The translations under genes were made by a program, and so were the position numbers. DNA of 63,481 bases, the filler included, from Globobulimina sp. (lineage: Eukaryota), in NCBI GenBank assembly GCA_003354225.1. It is 18 parts of 18 records of this genome, joined end to end, with 100 filler letters (N's around TTAATTAATTAA, not from the genome) between each part and the next. Parts side by side here need not be neighbours in the genome. Positions count along the whole stretch, not along the records: positions 24,742 to 28,174 come from PIVH01002809.1; positions 28,275 to 31,707 come from PIVH01002810.1; positions 31,808 to 35,239 come from PIVH01002811.1; positions 35,340 to 38,771 come from PIVH01002812.1; 14 more parts are not named here. One strand, written 5' to 3'. The stretch's first letter is position 1. Every line of letters starts with the position of its first letter. Shown in pieces: positions 25,281 through 35,492 of this stretch. The notes beneath the pieces were generated by a model, which worked only from the letters and a program-made list of their open reading frames with translations, ran no database searches and was not told where the DNA came from.

Positions 25281-26380
25281 AAATGAAACTTAAGATATAT
25301 CATCGCCTGAAATCCATTCATTTACCCATTGCCCGGTATATCTTCCTAATGACTATCGTGAGTGATAAGGTGTTGACGCAATTGCTCCACCCTCGCTCTT
25401 CGGAAGACTTCTTTTGGTTTTTGTTTTTGATTGTTTTGTACGAGTGCCCGCGTCTTCCCCTTAAAAAAAAATTAAAAAGTAATAATGTAATCCAGAATAA
25501 CACATCGGAATATGGATTAATAGGCACTTGTCGTGGGTGTAGAGATTGTGTGTGACTGACTATTTTGATTATTTGTACAAGAATGATGAATATCAAATGT
25601 GCAGGGCCAGAGAATTGGTGTGTTAAGCACCCTCTGCCGTACCAATGCCCCGTCATCAAATTAATTAATGAACACATTGAAAGGTAGCATAAAGTAGTAA
25701 TTACAAAAAAAATGAGAGCATAAAGTAGTAATTTCCCATCATTTTTATTTTTTGCTGATGATTTCTCTTTGAATATGACTCTTCGAATGTATGAAATTCA
25801 ACAAATCAATTTTTTTTTTGAAGGAGATGAACACTGTGCGAGCGCTTATATGAATTTAATTAAATCACAACAATGATATGATACCTTATCCACAACAAAA
25901 ACAGAAATATGTTTAAGTTGACGACCAGTAAAGGGGCACTTGCCTCTCACTGTTTGCAAATTCAGATCCAAACTCAGATAAACACGCTGATCTGAATATA
26001 TCTGTGCGGTTATATCTCATTCCAATCCAAATCAATATGATACCTTTTGGTATACCATAGCACATGATACCATAGTATTGTGAAAGTGTCAGATATAATT
26101 AAATAGAAACTGAACTTGTTGTGTGATTTGGTATTGCTGTCAGCCAACCTAAGAAATCATCAGATCCTCCAGCTTGATTGGAAGCATATTTATAAAATCT
26201 TCTGTTCTGATAATTTGATCTAATAAAGTTACGAAAGAATGGAACAAAATATGGTTTGAATCATTGCTTCAATCATTTGATTTTTCAATGTTGAATTATC
26301 AATAAACCAACCAATACAGAGAGTTTCTGACGACATGATCACAAGGTGAGTACACTAAAAGGTTTTTCAAAGTGCCAAAC

Positions 26381-27231
26381 ATGCTTTCGTGTCGCGGTGT
26401 TATTATTTTTGTGTTGATATGTATACTAGTATATGGCACCAATGCCTGCACCGTGGATCAGAATAAATTCAATGACGTATTATCCGATTTGGAGAACAAA
26501 GGCTATACTGTTGACATTGGTCGTCATATTTATTTGAAAAATTCCACAGAATATGGAGCAAATCCTAATGGTATTTATGGCGTTTATGAGTTTAAATGGT
26601 TGGCCATGCAAGAGGATCTCTTTTGGTACATTCCAGGCGAATCCGCGATGCATGCAGTCCACCCAATGCCTCGTATTACAGTTACAGTTATTTGGGCAAA
26701 GAAGCAGGCATTAATGTCTTCCCTCAAACGTTTGCATCTTTGGGTGACTCGACCAATCAATTGGTCATAAATTACACGGGCAGTGCCTCGCCATTTGATG
26801 CGTTAATTAGTATAGTAACGACTGGAGATCAAATCACATATTCTGACATTACTGCCTCGTTCACCAAATATGACTTGCAAAACACGTTAAATTTGGATTC
26901 GATACCAAGCGTGGACAATGAAGTGATATTTGGCAAAGATCAACTCAAATCAGATATATTTACAATGTTATAGCGCATTGCCATTCCCTTTGATATTGCT
27001 GCCTATTATAAATATATCAATCAAACCTGGCCAGTGTATTTCCTCAGCAGAGGGCACAATACAATTGAACAGTTTCAGCCCAGACAGAATTATGATTTGG
27101 TGTTACGGAACAAAACAGCAGAGATTAATGAGTTTGAAATATATTCCGACAGTTTGAGTAAATTGACTGATGCTGTCACATCCTACTTTGAGCAGACATA
27201 TAATTTATACTCTTATCCTTTTGAGAAATAA
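26381..27231 (+). pseudogene. Disrupted secreted protein of an uncharacterised family (CSPP..YYSY..L..FASLGDS.N)
   Basis: Signal peptide from ATG 26381; frameshift near 26650; in-frame TAG at 26971-26973, after which the same frame continues open (RIAIPFD...) to TAA at 27229. Confidence 0.7.
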
Positions 27232-27665
27232 ATTTTCAGTTATTATTGTGTTTTTCAATTATAACCAATTTCAATTATCGGATAACGGTTTGAATTTTTT
27301 GATCAATTGACGGATAGCAATAAATGCATAAACGAATAAAATTGGTATCGCGAAGCGATCCAATTTTTTCGTTTTGCATTTTTGCTTTCGTCAATTTGAT
27401 CAATAAAATCAATTCGTTTATCAGATTAATTGAGATTGGATTATTATTTGTTTTGATCATTTAATACACAATAAAACTGAATAATTTTTTCTCAATAAGG
27501 ATAAGAAGTGTTGTTACTAGTTTTAGAAGGCCATATCGGATATGTACGAATCCATTTCCAGACCAAATTGTATGCAGAATCTATGTACGATCCAGATTAT
27601 CCAATCTGTTTATGTTGTTTGTTTTATTAATCTGTTTCTTTTTTTACACTTTGTTTTTGGTTATG

Positions 27666-27783
27666 CATAAAATGATTTATCATTGCTGTTGCATAAAATG
27701 GTTTATGAATTGCTGTTGTATGCAAACGTATTATTATTATTGCTGTTGCATAAAATGGTTTATCATTGCTGTTGCATAAAATG
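27666..27783. repeat. Minisatellite, unit of about 26 bp (GCATAAAATGGTTTATCATTGCTGTT), about 4 degenerate copies
   Basis: Direct reading of the sequence. Confidence 0.85.
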
Positions 27784-28055
27784 GATTTTTAAATAATATA
27801 TATATATATATATATGTGCACGTTAAGTGCAAGATTAGTTTAATATGAATCTTTTTCAACTCAACTTTTGAGATTTGATTTTTGTGCATATTAATTTATA
27901 TCACACGTAATCTCATATTCAACATATGTATTGCAGGTTAAGGCATTGGAGGACTGTGAAGAGCGTCGCTTGGCGACAAACGTTACGACGTGCTCTTTCA
28001 AACAAAAATCACAGTTTAAATTTGCGTATATTTCTTATCAATGCTGAGAAGGGCG

Positions 28056-28174
28056 TCGCTACCCTCGCTAGAAACATCCCTCCTCCCACTCTCAATACTA
28101 TCTAAAGCTCGCTACGCTCGCCAGACCCCCACCCCCTAAAACTCGCTGCGCTCGCATACTATATACTATATCCT
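28056..28174. repeat. 119-bp exact terminal repeat, copy 2 (contig end)
   Basis: Identical to 24742-24860. Confidence 0.97.
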
Positions 28175-28274
28175 NNNNNNNNNNNNNNNNNNNNNNNNNN
28201 NNNNNNNNNNNNNNNNNNTTAATTAATTAANNNNNNNNNNNNNNNNNNNNNNNNNNNNNNNNNNNNNNNNNNNN

Positions 28275-30047
28275 GTTTTTATATCTTTGCGTATTGTTAC
28301 TTTGCATTGAATTATTACTGTAGTTGTAGTTATTATTCCTCTTTTTTAATTGCTTTAAATCTTCATTTGAGATTCTCCACTGTTTCTCGCGAACTTCAAT
28401 CACATTTTTTAAGAAGAATCGTTGTTGATTTTGCGATTTCGATTTATGTTGAATGGCAAAGAAGCACTCCTTTTGTTTTGCGCGATGGTCCCATGATTGC
28501 GGCCGGATGGCGCGAGGTATGAATGGCTTCATATGTCCGTTATAAGAGACCCAGATGATCCGCTTCAAATTAATGGCATCGTTGATGCTGTTACGAATGC
28601 CGTCCACTGATTTGGTGCTACTGCCATACTTTCCGCCGCGAAACGTAATCTTATCGCTGACGTGATCCACCACGCCGAGCGCCCTCCGCTTTGGCGACTG
28701 TCCGACAGAGGTTTTGAACCTCGCCACCCACGACGACTGCTTAACGCTTGCAATTGGTATTGGTATATTGTTAATAATTGGCGATATGGAACGGGAATCT
28801 TTCTCCTCGCTCGTACTCACAACGGCTTTATCCTCAACTAATGCCTTATTGTTATCCTCTGTTGGGACTACAATCGCTTCCTCTGCGATTTGTACATTAT
28901 GGACACGGACACATTCTGCCTCTGGTTGTTGTGGGGCTGCTTCTGGTGTTTCGTCAGAATGGAATCCATTTGGAAAATTGTTGGTGGTGTTTGCATCTGC
29001 TATTAATGGATCAGTAGTTACTGATTCTGCTTCTTGTTCTGGCTCTGGTTGTGGCTCTGCTTCTTGTTGAGGTTCTGGCTTTTGTTGTGGCTCTGGTTCT
29101 GGCTCTTGTGGTGGTACTACGGGTTGGGGCTCGTATTGGATATTATTATTTGTATCGATTGGATCGGTTATGGGGAGTATAGTGGTTGTGGTTGGTTGTT
29201 TTATTTGCGGTGTAGGTATATCATTTAATAAATCATCATTGACATTATTATTATTATTATTGTTGTTGTTGTCTACTTCTTGTATTGCTACTTGGTTATA
29301 ATCGGTGGTTGCTTCCATTACGGATTGCATGGTTTGGACTGGTATCACATTCTATGTATTATGTATTTTCTGGATTTTTCTCAATAATAAGGAAAAAGAA
29401 CATACGTTTATAAAATTAATAGATGTCATTGGCGATAAAAGCTGATTTAATGCGATTCGTTGTAATGTGGCATAAATGTGCGTGCATCCTGTTTTATTGT
29501 GGTTTGTTTTGTTTATTTATTTATCGATGGAGTGTTTGCTGACTATTGGAAAGGCCATGGAGTGGCAATAAATTAATAAAATGGACATACCGACTCTGGC
29601 ATTGGTGTGAATGGAGAAATTTGTATTTTGTTCAACTTTATAATCATTAAATATTTGTGTTGCATTTATAATTGTTTGTGGCTGCGGAATATTTTTATTG
29701 ATTGATTTAAATGAGTTATTAACAATTTGTGGTATATCATATTCATTGCTTATTATCCATATGCGATTATCGAGTGAATTATAAATATAATCGGATTGCG
29801 AGGGAAAGGAGACACCGTCGACGCGAAAATTAAATGAAAATGACTCTTTCTCGCGTAATGAAGAGGATAATATTATACATCCAATCTCTTTAATACATCC
29901 ATCTGTTGCTGGTATTATTGAGATTATCACTACTTCGTTTGTTGCTTCTTGGCATTCATATTCATTATATTCAGTATTTGTAGTTGTATTAATATATTGC
30001 TGTGGCAGTGGTGGTTTACGATCAACTCCGCTATCGTAAAGACTCAT
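28275..30047 (-). CDS. Three-exon protein: degenerate DEDDh/NEN-like exonuclease fold, P/E/Q-rich linker, WYL-like domain; 3' truncated; exons 30047-29591, 29488-29406, 29351-28275
   Basis: GT-AG introns 29590-29489 and 29405-29352 join ARVG|CTHIY and FIN|NVIPV in frame. N-terminal IKEIGCIIL...YNSLDNRIW...PQPQTIINA; C-terminal IWVSY..PRAIRP..CFFA..RFFLKNV. Confidence 0.7.
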
Positions 30048-30175
30048 GTTCTGACACCCAACACACAAAAAAAAAAGTGAACTCAGTAAATAATACAAAT
30101 AAAATCTTTTTTCTCAATCCTTTGTTGCGTATTTGCGCTGCGTGAAATAGATAAAAAAAGAATTAATTATCAATT

Positions 30176-30874
30176 ATGGCCGAATTTTATTCTCTTTTGC
30201 CGCAAAATGCAAAACAAAGTGCAGAAGTGGCCAAAAGTGAGACAAAAATTCGAGAGACACGCATTGTTTGCGAGAATGTAGAGATGGACCAAGCAAATTC
30301 AAAATTAAATGAAGCTCAGATTACAGCGTATCATTTCCAATTAATAATATATTTAATACAGAATGAGTTGGCATTGGCGAAATATTTATACAAACGCGTA
30401 CCGAAAGACGTACGGGAGAAGGATTCGTTTGCCGCCATATGGGACGTCGGCTGTTCACAATGGAAATCGGCGCATAACGACGTTTATAATAAGATTGAAA
30501 GGGGAGAATGGAATCCTTTGTTCAAGCCTTTGCTCGAGAGATTAGAGATAAATTATAGGATGAAACAGGTTGCATTGATAAGCAAGGCCTATACATCGAT
30601 AACCATTAGGGAATTATTAGGATTTTATTTAGGTTTTAAGGACATTAAGAAATTAAATCTTTTTATTAAATCAAATGGCTTAAATGATATTTGGTCGTAT
30701 GATGATGAGAGCAATCCGAGCAAAATTATTATTAGTAAACGACAAGAAAATTATCAGGAATTATTAAATGCGAAACGATTAATGGCACAATTTACAAAAT
30801 ATGTTTGTTTCATGGAATCACAACAAAGATTGGCTATCGATGAAATAGCGGCTGCTTCAAGCTCAAAGAATTGA
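30176..30874 (+). CDS. CSN8: COP9 signalosome subunit 8 (CSN8/PSMD8/eIF3K PCI family)
   Basis: YLIQNELALAKYLYKRVP, AIWDVG..W, LISKAYTSI and C-terminal FTKYVCFME match the CSN8 pattern. Confidence 0.85.
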   Translation: MAEFYSLLPQNAKQSAEVAKSETKIRETRIVCENVEMDQANSKLNEAQITAYHFQLIIYLIQNELALAKYLYKRVPKDVREKDSFAAIWDVGCSQWKSAHNDVYNKIERGEWNPLFKPLLERLEINYRMKQVALISKAYTSITIRELLGFYLGFKDIKKLNLFIKSNGLNDIWSYDDESNPSKIIISKRQENYQELLNAKRLMAQFTKYVCFMESQQRLAIDEIAAASSSKN

Positions 30875-31274
30875 ACTCAAGGAAATAATACATGCATGCC
30901 ATGATGTCACTGTTGTTTCATTTTTTTCTTAATAGCAATACCTTTGTATTTTATCCTCGCACATTTAGGCAAAAGATAACCCCCCCTGGTCGATAAGTTG
31001 TAACATTTTTTTCAATTATCTGAGAAACGGTTTGCTATAGGTTTGTCTTGGGTTTGTTCCGGGTTTGTTATAACTTTGTCTTGGGTTTGCAAATCGAGAA
31101 CAAAGTCAGAACAAATTTATAATGAATTTTCGTATATAGATTATATTTACTTATAACTATATTTTTTCTGAAATTTACAAACAATTTCAATTGCCGTATG
31201 CAAAAACGGATTGAGAAACGAACAAAAACGATTAAGCTAAAATTAAGATATACAAAAAAAAAAACTGCACTATA

Positions 31275-31707
31275 ATGGTGCTCCTAACACAGAAACAATG
31301 TTCATTGGCCTTCCTAATAAATCTGTGTATTATTGTGATCATCATTCAGTATCGGTGTACCTCGGTGTTACCACAGCAAGTGATCAGTAAAACGCAGCAT
31401 AACATCCATATCCTATTATGTTCCGATGAAGAGGACAGGTTAGCAATGTATACATTGATTAATTCAATTATTATTAACGAGATCTATATTGATCGATTGT
31501 ATTTTCATATTTTAGTATTACAAAATGTGCCATTATTTCATAAAGAATTCGTACAATATTTCAGTGAATATTTTGATCGAATTAATTTTGAATTTAAATC
31601 GATCATTGATGAGCACCCAGAATGTGTCGAATATAATAACATCGCATCAGCACATATCTACAAAAAACTATTGAATCATCCAATGAATTTTGCGCGATTT
31701 TGCTTAC
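31275..31707 (+). CDS. GT8-family glycosyltransferase (type II membrane), 3' truncated
   Basis: N-terminal TM, IHILLCSD, LINSI, LYFHIL, PMNFARF. Confidence 0.75.
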
Positions 31708-31991
31708 NNNNNNNNNNNNNNNNNNNNNNNNNNNNNNNNNNNNNNNNNNNNTTAATTAATTAANNNNNNNNNNNNNNNNNNNNNNNNNNNNNNNNNNNNN
31801 NNNNNNNAGACAGGATTAAAAAAACGGGATCAATTTATCCCAATCTTAATCAATCGAAATTGTAATAATCTTGTCAAGTGTTCTTTGAGTTGATATTAAA
31901 TTCATTGCGTATGTGTCAAGGGAAGCGTTCGTTATATATGGTAGTATTGTAAGTAACTTTTTTTTATCTTTAATTCTTAATTTACAGCATT

Positions 31992-32474
31992 ATGGCCATT
32001 GTGATTCGCAAAAATGATGTCGGATTGTCACCGGTGAAAGATGTTGGTCCACAACATAGAGTTTTGTTGAATGGGAAGTTGTCACATAATAAATTTGATG
32101 TTGTTCATGGAGTATTCGATGTCGGTCAAGGTGCACCATTGCATTTTCATAAAGAGGATATTGAAACATTCTATATTTTGAAAGGTGAATTTAAGATTGA
32201 ATGTAGCTCGAAGGATAATAATAAAAAAATAGAAAGCACAATTGTGAAACCTGGAGATTATGTAATTTGTCCAATATTAACATATCGAGCATTTTTTGCA
32301 TTACAAGATCAGAGTGAAATGTTAATCATTAATGGACCTTCTCAGTTAGCGGAATTTTCCAAAGATTTATGGGAATCACAGTTTGACCAAACTGGTGCTC
32401 TCCGACCGGAAACTCTACATTTATTCAAACAAAAATATGGAATTATTGTTGAATCTCCACAAAGTAAATTATAA
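31992..32474 (+). CDS. Single-domain cupin with C-terminal peroxisomal PTS1 (SKL)
   Basis: Cupin motif 1 PLHFHKEDIETFYILKGE, motif 2 VKPGDYVICP; ends ...PQSKL*. Confidence 0.88.
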   Translation: MAIVIRKNDVGLSPVKDVGPQHRVLLNGKLSHNKFDVVHGVFDVGQGAPLHFHKEDIETFYILKGEFKIECSSKDNNKKIESTIVKPGDYVICPILTYRAFFALQDQSEMLIINGPSQLAEFSKDLWESQFDQTGALRPETLHLFKQKYGIIVESPQSKL

Positions 32475-32692
32475 AATACAATATTCATATACAAATTAAA
32501 TGACACCAGATTTTCTACAATTTTTAGTTTTACTATATACAAATTCTAGGTGCAAGGATACCAATTGATGATCGAAGATAGCGCTTTTCCTTTGAACAAA
32601 TTTAAGTAAACAAAAAAATTGTATGTTAATAAAAAAAGAAATGCCTTTGCATCAAACTCCATGTTTTATTAATTAAATTACGAAAGCAGAAG

Positions 32693-33362
32693 CTACCAAA
32701 CATCCCCTTCTGAGTCATAAATATGCAACAGAACTCCATGTAAACCACCATTTGCAGGGACACCACCCATAAAAATAAATAAATCATGAAAAAATGCCAT
32801 ATCATCTGTTATATGATTAGTGAGAATATGGCAATCATACAAATTCGAGTTCATATAATTGACTAAATCTTTGAATTTGTTTTTTAGCTTTCGGAATATC
32901 GATTTATCAATGCATTCTACGATAGTCTCGAAACTCAATGGTTTCTGGGACACGAATAACTCTTCGTTTCTTTCAAAATCAATATCATCAAATGATGAAG
33001 TTTTTGAATGTCGCAAATAAATGATGTACCAATAATGATGGATCCGGAACAAATCTCCGCAGCTATAAAATCTGAAATATTTATCCAACGTTTTACCGAT
33101 TTTTTGATGATGATTCGCAATGATTCATTACCAATGGTTTGCAGTGGATCATGTTTCAATCATATTATACTTTTTGAGAGCTGCCGACTTGAGATTGTCG
33201 ATGGTAAACTTTGTATAAATTCTGACAAACTGTTAATGTTTGTTTGCTGGATCATTGGTTCTGGCACATTCTCTGAAACATTTGAAAAAAAGGAATATCT
33301 CTGTAAAGTTGTCTGTATTGTTCAATGGTTGGTTTTTGAGGCTCGCCTGGTTTTTTTGACAT
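32693..33362 (-). pseudogene. Probable decayed gene of unknown function
   Basis: Protein-like segments (MSKKPGEPQ..., ...LDKYFRFYSCG...GGLHGVLLHIYD) broken by frame changes and in-frame stops. Confidence 0.3.
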
Positions 33363-33501
33363 TTCTTGCTGCAGTAATACACCAACTGCACAGTGAAGAT
33401 GCAGTTTTACCACACGAAATGAAATATATGACAGAAAAATATAGGAGAAATCATTCAAGTAAATGCAATGTTAAATAATGTATGATGGTCTCATTGGTCT
33501 G

Positions 33502-34230
33502 TTATGATGTTGCATTCTTCAAAGAAGCAGAATTTTGATTATTTTTCTCAGATGAATTCGAAGGTTTGTTTGAAGTCTTAAAATATTTGAAATGAATATA
33601 TGTAATAATTCTGTATCCTAATAACATAGCAAGGATATACGGTGCAAATGTAGCAGATTCAACCGCTGATTTCCCGCGTCTTAATCTATTCCAATTACGT
33701 GTCATAACATGATACACAGCCAATGAAAATGCAACATATACCATTCTATGTAAACGTTTCCAATTCTTATAACCTAAACCTTTTTTAGTTTTCCAATACA
33801 TTTTCGAAGTAACAGCTAATGGTATCATCAATAACCATGCAACAATACCATATATCAAATAATCTCTGTCATTCAGTTGATATAAGAAACCAGAAATCGT
33901 ATAACCATCTTTAATTAACGTGTATCGTAAATATGTAAATAAATGAATACATGCATAATAAAACGATAATAAACCAAATGTTTGTCTGCATTGAACGATA
34001 CGATACCATTCTGTTAATTTATAAATTGGCGTTATTGACAATGTAAAATATAAAAATCGTAAGGCCCATTCGCCTGAAATATGATAACATTTTGCTTTTC
34101 GCTCTTTGTCAGTTGATAATATAAATATACATTGAATAAATAATGCAATTGATGGCAGTGAACCAATAACAGCACAAATTAATTGATCTCGTGACAGCGC
34201 TAGCCCAATTTTACTGAGTACGTTGCTCAT
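33502..34230 (-). CDS. MsrQ/YedZ-like heme-binding membrane protein (stand-alone ferric-reductase-like TM domain)
   Basis: SGEWALRFLYFTLSITP, RQTFGLLSFYYACIHL, PLAVTS, LG..NWKRLHRMVY...VYH; the three family histidines are present. Confidence 0.88.
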   Translation of the reverse strand: MSNVLSKIGLALSRDQLICAVIGSLPSIALFIQCIFILSTDKERKAKCYHISGEWALRFLYFTLSITPIYKLTEWYRIVQCRQTFGLLSFYYACIHLFTYLRYTLIKDGYTISGFLYQLNDRDYLIYGIVAWLLMIPLAVTSKMYWKTKKGLGYKNWKRLHRMVYVAFSLAVYHVMTRNWNRLRRGKSAVESATFAPYILAMLLGYRIITYIHFKYFKTSNKPSNSSEKNNQNSASLKNATS

Positions 34231-34336
34231 GCTCAGACTCGAGAACTAAGATCAAAAACAGTATTGTGCATTTATTTGATGCTGTGCGAATTGCGAAATC
34301 ATAAATCATACAACGTCAACATGCAAATAATATTAA

Positions 34337-35239
34337 TTACCATAAAACTCTCAAATCATGTCCTTTTTTCTTCAAAGTATTCATTAACAATCCTAAATCG
34401 TCAACACCTGGTTCATGCAAATTCAGATAACAATTTTTCAAATCTAATTCCTTTAACGAAGCATAACCAACAAAAGAAGTTATAATTTCATTAATTAAAT
34501 CATTACTAAAGATATCATCCAATTTATAACAATCAATACATTCTCTTAATATTTTCCTAGTTTCTTTTATTAATTTTTGTGTATTTCCATACTGTTTCAT
34601 CGCAGCATTTCTTAACGATTTCCCTCCATTTTTGCCAGGGGAAGTTTCAGACATATTTAAATATCGCAACCTCGAATTCTGTGCCAATCCTTTTGCTAAA
34701 TATTGAAAGCCCTTTTCACCGATTTGTTTATTATGAAAAACCTCCAATTTACCCAAATTCGGATGATATTTCAAGAGCTCTCCCAAACCATAACAACAAT
34801 CACTTGTTAATGAATTATTTCCAATTCGCAATGTTTGTAAACTTTCATTATGTTTCAATCCGTTACATAACAAATTAACACATTCATCATTAAATTCATT
34901 ATTAATTTGATTTGATAAATTTAATTCTGTAATGGTCCAATTTATTGACAATGCATCACTTAAATATTTACAACCATTCACTGTAATATTGTTATCGAAT
35001 AATATTAATCTCATAATATTTGTTTGTGGATTAACTAATACTTTTTTTGAAAATAACTCGATTCCATTGTCACTGATCATATTTTTTCCTAAACTCAGCT
35101 CAAAAACGGTATAATTACTAGCCAATCCATTCGTAATTTCCATAAACATATCATCGGAAATATTACAATGTTCCATTGATATTCTTTGGAGAAAAGATGG
35201 TGTAATCCATTGTTAATCGTAAAAAAGCATTTTTCTTTA
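34337..35239 (-). CDS. RNI-like leucine-rich repeat protein, 5' truncated
   Basis: 28-aa repeats of LxLxxNxIxxxGxxxLxxxLxxNxxL. Confidence 0.9.
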
Positions 35240-35339
35240 NNNNNNNNNNNNNNNNNNNNNNNNNNNNNNNNNNNNNNNNNNNNTTAATTAATTAANNNNN
35301 NNNNNNNNNNNNNNNNNNNNNNNNNNNNNNNNNNNNNNN

Positions 35340-35403
<64 letters not shown>

Positions 35404-35492
35404 AATCTAATTAAAAAAAAACAAAAATAATAAAAAAAAAAAAAACTCAACAAATAAAACTCAATTCAATATCAAATGTATATATATTATTA

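Noticed and set aside
26626-26636. 11-nt GT...AG (GTACATTCCAG) whose removal would repair the frameshift
   Set aside because: Shorter than the smallest spliceosomal introns I know of (about 15 nt) and far shorter than the others here. The gene also has an in-frame TAG, so decay is simpler. RNA-seq would settle it.
26971-26973. In-frame TAG as evidence of stop-codon reassignment or readthrough
   Set aside because: Other genes have long stop-free frames in the standard code, and TAG terminates the MYND gene.
27666-27783. CRISPR-like array (also 47258-47325)
   Set aside because: Head-to-tail minisatellites without unique spacers, no cas genes, eukaryotic context.
33008-33478. 156-aa + strand ORF
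   Set aside because: No recognisable motif and it overlaps protein-like minus-strand fragments; I cannot determine the coding strand with confidence.
35340-35401. Long A run as a poly(A) tail or retrocopy signature
   Set aside because: It reads as poly(T) relative to the adjacent minus-strand gene and sits at a contig edge; likely a low-complexity tract or assembly end.
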